DNA of 64,000 nucleotides. Origin: Candidatus Omnitrophota bacterium. GTDB taxonomy: Bacteria; Omnitrophota; Gorgyraeia; Gygaellales; Profunditerraquicolaceae. Below the pieces are notes generated by a model that saw only the letters and a program-made list of their open reading frames with translations, searched no databases and had not been told where the DNA came from. The DNA lies in contig JACQXK010000001.1 of NCBI GenBank assembly GCA_016208765.1, positions 128,218 to 192,217 of the forward strand, read 5' to 3'. Position 1 is the first letter of the stretch; every line of letters begins with the position of its first letter. Positions 56,980 through 64,000 of the stretch are shown piece by piece. The translations under genes were made by a program, and so were the position numbers.

Positions 56980-58151
56980 TGAAGGATTGGAAAAATTTTT
57001 TATATATTGGGGCAGCGTTTTTGGCATGCTTTTATCTTCCTGTTGAAAATCTGCGTTTTAGCAATGCAATCTTTGAGGCTTTGGCGCTTGTTAAATGGTA
57101 TGCCAGGGAGCATGTACTCCTATGCCTTGTTCCTGCATTTTTTATTGCCGGTGCTATTTCTGTATTTGTGAGCCAGGCATCAGTTATAAAATACTTTGGG
57201 GCAAAGGCAAATAAATTTCTTTCGTATGGCGTGGCGTCGGTTTCAGGGACAATCTTAGCAGTTTGTTCATGCACAGTGTTGCCTTTATTTTCGGGAATTT
57301 ATAAAAGGGGAGCAGGGCTCGGGCCTGCAATTGCTTTTTTGTATTCTGGGCCTGCAATAAATATTTTAGCCATAATTCTAACTGCCCGAATCCTTGGGTG
57401 GCAGCTTGGGCTTGCCCGCGCAGTAGGCGCAATAATTTTTAGTATTGTAATTGGTTTATTAATGCACCTTATATTCTTAAAGGAAGAAAGGGCCCGTCAT
57501 GCAAATGGAGATTTTAACGTTGGAGAGGTAAAAGAAACCCGATCTTTAGGTAAAACCGTTCTTTATTTTACTTCCATGGTAGTGTTTCTTGTATTTGCTA
57601 ATTGGGGTAAACCCATTGAAGGAGATCATGGGATTTGGTCAGCAATTTATCAGTATAAATGGTGGGTTGCCGGTTTTTCTCTCGTCGCTCTAACTGTTAT
57701 GCTTTTTAAATGGTTCAAAAAAGATGAATTAAAGCAATGGACCGGCGCAACATGGGAATTCGCGCTTCAGATACTGCCACTTCTGTTGGGTGGAGTTTTG
57801 ATTTCTGGTTTTCTTTTGGGCAGGGTTGGTCATGAGGGTATTATTCCTTCGCGCTGGGTTGAAATGCTGGTCGGTGGCAATTCTTTTCGGGCAAATTTCT
57901 TTTCATCAATTGTAGCGGCGTTTATGTATTTCGCCACGCTCACTGAGGTGCCAATTTTGCAGGGTTTAATCGGATCGGGAATGGGGAAGGGGCCTGCTTT
58001 GGCGCTTCTTTTGTCCGGGCCTGCATTAAGCCTACCAAGCATGCTTGTGTTGAGGAGTATAATGGGAACAAAGAAAACAATTGTTTATATAAGTTTGGTT
58101 ATAATCATGTCTACTATAACGGGGATGTTTTTTGGTTTTATTGTTAAATAG
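56979..58151 (+). CDS. DUF318-family permease (ArsP-like predicted permease)
   Basis: About 10 TM segments. Sequence pattern and gene context (followed by redox-active disulfide protein 2) are typical of PF03773 permeases. Confidence 0.7.
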   Translation: MKDWKNFLYIGAAFLACFYLPVENLRFSNAIFEALALVKWYAREHVLLCLVPAFFIAGAISVFVSQASVIKYFGAKANKFLSYGVASVSGTILAVCSCTVLPLFSGIYKRGAGLGPAIAFLYSGPAINILAIILTARILGWQLGLARAVGAIIFSIVIGLLMHLIFLKEERARHANGDFNVGEVKETRSLGKTVLYFTSMVVFLVFANWGKPIEGDHGIWSAIYQYKWWVAGFSLVALTVMLFKWFKKDELKQWTGATWEFALQILPLLLGGVLISGFLLGRVGHEGIIPSRWVEMLVGGNSFRANFFSSIVAAFMYFATLTEVPILQGLIGSGMGKGPALALLLSGPALSLPSMLVLRSIMGTKKTIVYISLVIIMSTITGMFFGFIVK

Positions 58152-58160
58152 GGAGGGGTA

Positions 58161-58394
58161 ATGAAAATAGAGATTTTAGGAGTTGGTTGCCCTAAATGCA
58201 AACAGCTTACAGCGAACGCCGAAGCAGCGGTAAAAGAACTCGGCATCTGCGCAGAAATTGTTAAAGTAGCAGATATAACGAAGATTACCGAATATGGCGT
58301 AATGATGACTCCTGCATTAGTCATTGACGGGACAGTGTTTTCGGCTGGAAAGGTTTTGAACAAAGATGAAATTAAGAAGATTATTTCAAAATAA
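58161..58394 (+). CDS. Thioredoxin-fold redox-active disulfide protein 2 (cytoplasmic)
   Basis: MKIEILGVGCPKCKQL N-terminus with a CxxC motif. 77 aa. Confidence 0.75.
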   Translation: MKIEILGVGCPKCKQLTANAEAAVKELGICAEIVKVADITKITEYGVMMTPALVIDGTVFSAGKVLNKDEIKKIISK

Positions 58395-58406
58395 CAGGAG
58401 GATTGG

Positions 58407-58829
58407 TTGAAGAAAATATTTTTGGTAATTCTGTCGGTTATTACGGCAATTAACATAAGTTCTTTGGCGGTTGCCCAAGATAAACAGCCAGCCAAGGTAA
58501 TAGCATACTATTTTCATGGAACGTTCCGCTGCCCGACGTGTATCAATATGGAAAAGTATTCAAGGGAAGCGATTGATACAAATTTTAAAGAAGCTGTTGA
58601 TTCAGGCAGGCTTGAGTTTACGGTGGTTAACATTGAAGATAAAGGAAATGAGCATTATGCCGGTGATTATCAGCTTTATACCAAATCTCTTGTTCTTTCT
58701 TTGGTTAAAGATGGCAAAGAAGTCAAATCAAAAAATCTTGATAAAATCTGGGAGTACTCTCGCGACAAGAAAAAGTTTATTGAATATGTGACTGGCGAGG
58801 TAGATGGATTTATGAAGGAAGGACAGTGA
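58407..58829 (+). CDS. Exported thioredoxin-like protein with a CPTC motif
   Basis: Signal peptide, then YYFHGTFRCPTC (CxxC in a thioredoxin-like context). Confidence 0.5.
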   Translation: MKKIFLVILSVITAINISSLAVAQDKQPAKVIAYYFHGTFRCPTCINMEKYSREAIDTNFKEAVDSGRLEFTVVNIEDKGNEHYAGDYQLYTKSLVLSLVKDGKEVKSKNLDKIWEYSRDKKKFIEYVTGEVDGFMKEGQ

Positions 58830-59515
58830 TGGGAATCTTAATTGTTTTTGGGTCAGCGTTCTGGTTGGGAATATTAACCTCAATCAGCCCTTGTCCGCTG
58901 GCGACAAATATTGCGGCGGTATCGTTTCTTTCCAAAAAGATCGCGCACCCATTTATGGTATTTCTTTCAGGCCTTGCTTATACAGTCGGGCGGATGGTTG
59001 CGTATGCCACACTTGGGTGGATAATTATTAATTCGTTTTTGAGTGTGCCTGAGGTTGCTCAGTTCTTGCAGAAATATATGGGCAAGGCATTGGGGCCTTT
59101 GTTGATAGTTACAGGGTTATTCTTATTAGAAATCATCACGATTAAATTACCTGGAGTCGCTTTGTCTCAAAAGCATCACAATAAACTCGTTGAGTCCGGA
59201 GCGCCGGGAGCTTTCCTGCTGGGGATAATCTTTGCATTGGCATTTTGTCCGGTTTCAGCGGCGTTGTTCTTTGGCAGCCTTATCCCTTTGGCGCTTAATA
59301 ACAAAGCAGGGACAATATTACCGTTTATCTACGGAGTGGGGACAGGGCTTCCGGTATTCATATTTTCAGTAGCTATCGCCTTAGGTGTTACCTCAATGAG
59401 CCATTGGTTCCATAAGATCACAAAACTTGAGTACTATACCCGCAGAATTACAGGCGTTATTTTTATCTTTGCGGGATTGTATTATATAGGAATTTATATT
59501 TTAAAATTATTTTAA
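58826..59515 (+). CDS. ccdA: CcdA/DsbD-family transmembrane thiol-disulfide electron transporter
   Basis: Six TM segments. Conserved Cys in TM1 (ISPCPLA) and TM4 (ALAFCPVS). Confidence 0.75.
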   Translation: MMGILIVFGSAFWLGILTSISPCPLATNIAAVSFLSKKIAHPFMVFLSGLAYTVGRMVAYATLGWIIINSFLSVPEVAQFLQKYMGKALGPLLIVTGLFLLEIITIKLPGVALSQKHHNKLVESGAPGAFLLGIIFALAFCPVSAALFFGSLIPLALNNKAGTILPFIYGVGTGLPVFIFSVAIALGVTSMSHWFHKITKLEYYTRRITGVIFIFAGLYYIGIYILKLF

Positions 59516-59526
59516 GAGGAGAAAAC

Positions 59527-60606
59527 GTGGAGCATGTTGTTTATGAAGAACGGCGTTTAAGTTTTTTTGAGAAATATCTGACTGTTTGGGTTTTTGCTTG
59601 TATCGGGATAGGAATACTTCTGGGTAAGTTTTTTCCGGCAGTAGCCCTTATTTTGGATAAATTATCCGTTTATCAGGTGTCTATCCCCATTGCTATTTGT
59701 TTGTTTTTTATGATGTATCCAATCATGGTCAAGATTGATTTTGCCGAAGTGATTAAGGCAGGAAAGGCCCCTAAACCGGTAATCCTTACATTGGTAGTAA
59801 ATTGGTGCATAAAACCATTTACTATGCTTGCTATTGCGTGGTTGTTTTTGGGAGTGTTGTTTAAAGGATGGCTTCCAGGTATGGAGATTGTGAAGGGAGG
59901 GGCGCAGGTAGAATTGTTCAGGTCATATATTGCCGGATGTATTTTGCTTGGCATTGCACCTTGCACTGCGATGGTTTTAATCTGGGGTCATTTAGCCCGT
60001 GGTAACGACGGGCATACTCTTGTTATGGTAGCAATTAATTCGTTGACGATGCTATTTCTCTATGCGCCTCTGGGGGGCTGGCTTTTGGGCGTAAATAAAA
60101 TGCCTATTCCATGGCAAACTATCGTTTTGTCTGTGGTTATTTATGTCGGCCTGCCGCTATTCTTGGGGTATTATTCAAGAAAATTAATAATTGCTAAGAA
60201 GGGTTTCAAATGGTTTGAAGAAAAGTTCTTGCATTATCTGACGCCGGTTTCTATTTGTGCGTTACTTCTCACGCTTGTTTTATTGTTTTCGTTTAAGGGT
60301 GAGTTGATAATTAATCAACCGCAGATTATCTTTCTAATAGCTGTTCCTCTTTTTATTCAGACCTGTTTTATTTTTTTCATTTCATATATATTAGCTAAAT
60401 GGCTCAAGTTGTCCTATCGCGATGCGGCTCCTTCGGCCTTAGTCGGAGCAAGCAATCATTTTGAGGTGGCAATTGCCACCTCAACCATTCTTTTTGGGCT
60501 TTCTTCAGGCGCTTCGCTGGCAACTGTTGTCGGCGTCTTAATAGAAGTTCCGGTTATGCTTATGCTGGTTAAGATTTGTTTAAAGACACAAAATTGGTTT
60601 AAATAA
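59527..60606 (+). CDS. acr3: ACR3-family arsenite efflux transporter
   Basis: N-terminus [27 protein letters not shown] matches the ACR3 pattern LSFLDRYLTLWIF. Ten TM segments. GTG start. Confidence 0.8.
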   Translation: MEHVVYEERRLSFFEKYLTVWVFACIGIGILLGKFFPAVALILDKLSVYQVSIPIAICLFFMMYPIMVKIDFAEVIKAGKAPKPVILTLVVNWCIKPFTMLAIAWLFLGVLFKGWLPGMEIVKGGAQVELFRSYIAGCILLGIAPCTAMVLIWGHLARGNDGHTLVMVAINSLTMLFLYAPLGGWLLGVNKMPIPWQTIVLSVVIYVGLPLFLGYYSRKLIIAKKGFKWFEEKFLHYLTPVSICALLLTLVLLFSFKGELIINQPQIIFLIAVPLFIQTCFIFFISYILAKWLKLSYRDAAPSALVGASNHFEVAIATSTILFGLSSGASLATVVGVLIEVPVMLMLVKICLKTQNWFK

Positions 60607-60634
60607 TAGCGGTATAAAAACAGGCAGGATAAAT

Positions 60635-60680
60635 GAACGGTTTTGTTTTCTCTTAGGAAAATAAGCCGTTCTTTTTTATT
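60635..60680. terminator. Rho-independent terminator after acr3
   Basis: GAACGGtt...aaGCCGTTC followed by TTTTTTATTT. Confidence 0.6.
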
Positions 60681-60700
60681 TGTGCAGTTTAATTAAGAGC

Positions 60701-60728
60701 TTACAAAAATTGATAATTATTATATAAT
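60701..60728 (+). promoter_or_regulatory. Sigma70-type promoter for rubrerythrin
   Basis: TTACAA (60701-60706), 16-nt spacer, TATAAT (60723-60728). AAGGGAGG RBS before the ATG at 60758. Confidence 0.45.
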
Positions 60729-60757
60729 AGTAAACACAAACAAAAAGGGAGGTTAAG

Positions 60758-61336
60758 ATGGGAAAATCAATAAAAGGCACAAAAACAGAGCAGAATCTTT
60801 TAAAGGCATTTGCCGGCGAGTCGCAGGCGCGTAACAGGTATACTTATTTTGCAAGTGCCGCAAGAAAAGAAGGGCTTGAGCAAATAGCCAATATTTTTGC
60901 TGAGACTGCCGAGAATGAAAAAGAGCATGCTAAAGTTTTCTTTAAATACCTTGAGGGTGGAGATGTGGAGATAACTGCGACGTATCCTGCAGGCGCAATC
61001 AGGGATACCAAGACAAATCTTGAAGAAGCAGCAGCAGGCGAGAATCTGGAATGGACTTCGCTTTATCAGGATTTTGCAAAGACAGCCAAGGATGAAGGGT
61101 TTCCTGAGGTGGCTCGTTCATTTGAGCAGGTAGCAAAAGTAGAAAGATTCCATGAATCGCGTTATCGTAAGCTGATCAATAATATCGCAAATCAGGAGAT
61201 ATTTAAAAAGAAGTCTACAGTGAAATGGCATTGTATTAATTGCGGATATGTTATTGAGGCAGGAGAGGCGCCTAAAGAGTGCCCTGCATGTAAGCACCCT
61301 CAGGCGTATTATGAGGTATTGGCTGAAAATTATTAA
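60758..61336 (+). CDS. rbr: Rubrerythrin
   Basis: Diiron ferritin-like motifs (E..H pairs: [21 protein letters not shown]) plus a C-terminal rubredoxin-like CINCG...CPACKHP. Confidence 0.9.
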   Translation: MGKSIKGTKTEQNLLKAFAGESQARNRYTYFASAARKEGLEQIANIFAETAENEKEHAKVFFKYLEGGDVEITATYPAGAIRDTKTNLEEAAAGENLEWTSLYQDFAKTAKDEGFPEVARSFEQVAKVERFHESRYRKLINNIANQEIFKKKSTVKWHCINCGYVIEAGEAPKECPACKHPQAYYEVLAENY

Positions 61337-61355
61337 TTTAAGGAAACCTTAAGAG

Positions 61356-62582
61356 ATGAAGCGCAAGGCAATTAATCTTATTATTCTTTTCGGGCTTGTA
61401 AGTCTTTTTGGCGATATTGTATATGAGGGCGCGCGTAGTATTAACGGGCCTTATTTAAAACTGCTTGCGGTTAATGCAACTACTCTGGGTTTAATAGCCG
61501 GGGTGGGCGAATTTTTGGGGTATGCTCTGCGTTTAGTTTCTGGATACTTGTCAGATAAAACAAAATCATATTGGCTGCTTACATTTTCTGGATATGGCTT
61601 GTTAATTGTCGTACCGCTTCTTTCTTTAGCAGGGGTTTGGCAGGTTGCTGCTCTTTTTATAGTATTAGAACGCGTCGGTAAGGCGATCCGTAATCCGGCA
61701 AGAGACACCATTCTTTCTCAGGCAAGCTCGCAGGTTGGTACAGGATTTGGATTTGGCCTGCATGAGGCAATGGATCAGATTGGAGCAGTTACCGGCCCAT
61801 TAATTTTCTATTTCTTATTTGTTATTTCAGGCAAAAACACCGGTATTGCTGATTATAAAAAAGGATACGCTTTTTTATGGATCCCATTTTTACTGGTCAT
61901 ATTATGTTTGTTTGTGGCTTTTCGTAAAGTGCCTCATCCTGAAGTTCTTGAGATAGAGAAAAAGAATAAAATACCTGACAAGCTTTCCAAACTTTTTTGG
62001 CTGTATACTTTTTTCTCTTTTGCCGCTACTGCCGGATTCTGTAGTTTTATTCTGGCTGCTTTTCATTTTAAATCTACCGGTGTTTTGTCAGATGCCCAAA
62101 TACCGTTATTTTATGCCATAGCCATGGGGGTTGATGCAGTTGCAGCACTTTTAATAGGAAAGTTTTATGATGTATTAAAAAATAAAAGCAATAATCAGAA
62201 TGCCGGGCTTAATTTGCTGGTGGTTATACCATTAATATCAATTTTAATACCAATTTTTGTATTCTCAAAAAGTATTAATTTTATAATAATCGGCGTTATC
62301 TGTTGGGGCATAGTTATGGGAATTCAAGAAACAATCATGAGGTCTGCAATTGCCGATATAACTTCTTTAAATAAACGCGGCACAGGATATGGTATTTTTA
62401 ATACTGCTTACGGCCTGGCGGTATTTTTGGGAAGTTTTTTATTGGGATTTTTATATGATCGTTCGGTAGCTTTTATAATTCTTGCGGTTATACTTATTGA
62501 GTCAGCAGCGCTTGTTGTATTCTTCTTAATGAGAAAAGAGGCGCAGCTGCAAGAAAAAGTGGCAGTTGAGTTTCAAGCTTAG
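61356..62582 (+). CDS. MFS transporter
   Basis: Twelve TM segments. MFS loop motif GKAIRNPARDTILS. Confidence 0.8.
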   Translation: MKRKAINLIILFGLVSLFGDIVYEGARSINGPYLKLLAVNATTLGLIAGVGEFLGYALRLVSGYLSDKTKSYWLLTFSGYGLLIVVPLLSLAGVWQVAALFIVLERVGKAIRNPARDTILSQASSQVGTGFGFGLHEAMDQIGAVTGPLIFYFLFVISGKNTGIADYKKGYAFLWIPFLLVILCLFVAFRKVPHPEVLEIEKKNKIPDKLSKLFWLYTFFSFAATAGFCSFILAAFHFKSTGVLSDAQIPLFYAIAMGVDAVAALLIGKFYDVLKNKSNNQNAGLNLLVVIPLISILIPIFVFSKSINFIIIGVICWGIVMGIQETIMRSAIADITSLNKRGTGYGIFNTAYGLAVFLGSFLLGFLYDRSVAFIILAVILIESAALVVFFLMRKEAQLQEKVAVEFQA

Positions 62583-63387
62583 GTGGGAAATGTCCAAAAT
62601 GAAAGTATTTAGAATAGCGATTTTATCCATTGTTGCATTGTTTATCGTTGGAATAACTGTATGGATACAGCAGGGTGAAGACAGGGATGCTTTATACCAG
62701 GTTTCTGTTTTAAGAGGCCTGATGCAAGGAGATTATGACGGGAAGATTGCTTTGCATACGATTCGCAGCCACGGAGATTTTGGTTTAGGTACATTTGACC
62801 GCCTTGATGGAGAAGCAATAGAATTGGATGGAGTATTCTATCAGGTTAAAGCAGACGGAAAAGTGAAGCGAGTGGATAGCAATGTTAAGTCTCCTTTTGC
62901 TATGGCCACATTTTTCAACAGCGATATGGAATTTCACCTTGACCAGGATTCGGATTACGTTTCTCTGCAGCAATTAATTGATAGCCGCCTTCCAACAAAG
63001 AATATTCCTTATGCAATCAAAATTGAGGGTAAATTCAGCTATGTTAAGGTCAGAAGCGTTCCGGAGCAGAATAAACCGTATCCTTTCTTGTCTGAAGTTA
63101 TTAAGAATCAAAGCGTGTTTGAGTTTAAAGATATTGAAGGCACATTGATAGGTTTTAGAATGCCAGATTGCATGCAAAGCGTGAATGTCCCCGGGTATCA
63201 TATGCATTTTTTAAGCCGCGATAAAACAAAGGGAGGACATGTCTTGGGGCTTTCGTTAAATAACGCAGTGATTAAGATTGATGATATTAATCGTTTTATA
63301 ATGGAGCTTCCGAAAAGCCAAGATTTCTATAATCTTGACTTTTCTGTTAGTGCCGATGATGGTCTGGCAACTGAAAAGAGCAAATAG
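62566..63387 (+). CDS. budA: Alpha-acetolactate decarboxylase with an N-terminal hydrophobic anchor/signal
   Basis: ALDC signature LYQVSVLRGLMQGDYDGK...GLGTFDRLDGE. Probable start at MKVF (62599), which gives an N-terminal TM/signal. Confidence 0.8.
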   Translation: MSFKLRWEMSKMKVFRIAILSIVALFIVGITVWIQQGEDRDALYQVSVLRGLMQGDYDGKIALHTIRSHGDFGLGTFDRLDGEAIELDGVFYQVKADGKVKRVDSNVKSPFAMATFFNSDMEFHLDQDSDYVSLQQLIDSRLPTKNIPYAIKIEGKFSYVKVRSVPEQNKPYPFLSEVIKNQSVFEFKDIEGTLIGFRMPDCMQSVNVPGYHMHFLSRDKTKGGHVLGLSLNNAVIKIDDINRFIMELPKSQDFYNLDFSVSADDGLATEKSK

Positions 63388-63413
63388 TTTATTTTAAACA
63401 ACAGGAGGAGATA

Positions 63414-63824
63414 ATGGATATTTTATTAAAAAGAATTATTGAGGCAGCTGGTATTCCTGGTTATGAAAGTGAAATTGCAAAGATAATGCACGCTGAATTT
63501 AAAAAAACCTGCGACCAGGTGCAGATTGATAATTTTGGCAATGTCATTGCCAAAAAGGGTAAGGGCAAAATCAAGATTATGCTTGCAGCACACATGGATG
63601 AGATAGGTTTGATGGTTAAGCACATAACAAAAGAAGGTTTTTTATATTTTATAAAATTAGGCGGAATAGACGACAGGATACTTCCTGCGCAGAGAGTTAT
63701 AGTAAAAGCTAAAAAAGGAGATTGCCTGGGGATAATTGGCACAAAGCCTCCGCATCTGCAAAAGGAAGAAGAAAAGAAGAAGCCTCTTAAATATGAGGAT
63801 ATGTTTCAAGGCAATAGACGATAG
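63414..63824 (+). CDS. M42-family (FrvX/TET-like) aminopeptidase, N-terminal part; the reading continues in the +1 frame from ~63811 to the window end
   Basis: HMDEIGLMVKHI catalytic region and GIIGTKPPHL in frame 0 up to the stop at 63822-63824. The +1 frame from 63811 reads AIDDRIGCFALIKIM...TQEEVGLKGA...AIAIDTNAAGDTP, which is the continuation of M42 metal-binding motifs. A frameshift, and possibly an internal deletion of the IDIGA-region, is implied. Confidence 0.55.
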   Translation: MDILLKRIIEAAGIPGYESEIAKIMHAEFKKTCDQVQIDNFGNVIAKKGKGKIKIMLAAHMDEIGLMVKHITKEGFLYFIKLGGIDDRILPAQRVIVKAKKGDCLGIIGTKPPHLQKEEEKKKPLKYEDMFQGNRR

Positions 63825-64000
63825 AATCGGCTGTTTTGCTTTAATTAAAATAATGGAAAAATTAAAAGTTAATGCGGAAGTTTATGCTGTAGCCACAACT
63901 CAGGAAGAGGTGGGTTTAAAGGGTGCTCGCACTTCGGCATTTAAGATTGATCCTGCTTATGCCATAGCCATAGATACTAATGCTGCAGGAGATACTCCTC

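Noticed and set aside
58085-58495. 136-aa minus-strand ORF across the permease/thioredoxin genes
   Set aside because: Antisense to the permease and the redox-active disulfide protein 2 genes, which have clear sense-strand motifs.

Overview
This is an AT-rich (roughly 38-40% GC) bacterial chromosomal segment. Every supported gene lies on the + strand. The content suggests an anaerobe: H+-pyrophosphatase, rubrerythrin, a flavodoxin/4Fe-4S ferredoxin, MsrBA and Tpx. The housekeeping backbone comprises nadE (3' end), nrnA, recG-rsmD-coaD-yceD-rpmF, plsX-fabHDG-acpP-fabF, leuCDB, asd and truA. Accessory content: a TolC/HlyD/ABC-2 (YbhGFSR-like) efflux locus; a T2SS/T4P-like gspE-gspF-pseudopilin-gspK-gspL/M-like cluster with only a remnant of the major pseudopilin gspG; a fluoride riboswitch-crcB-DUF190 unit; and a DUF134-regulated permease/thioredoxin-relay/CcdA/Acr3 (arsenic-type) cluster with a 26-nt perfect palindromic operator. 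Two candidates look most novel. The first is an ECF sigma / cytoplasmic zf-HC2 anti-sigma / CHAT(caspase-like)-TM-TPR three-gene module at 23.4-26.9 kb, closed by a 145-nt nested inverted-repeat element. The second is the co-directional block of secreted proteins that follows it: a PKD lipoprotein with an E/P/V/K-rich linker, a BNR beta-propeller, a tandem-repeat miniprotein and a BatD-like protein. Other notable items: a ~55-nt intergenic repeat family bracketing the fab operon, a Tpx-PCD fusion, a Cys/Trp-rich miniprotein upstream of the flavodoxin/4Fe-4S ferredoxin, and a frameshifted M42 peptidase at the window edge. No rRNA, tRNA, CRISPR array or obvious prophage/IS element was recognised.
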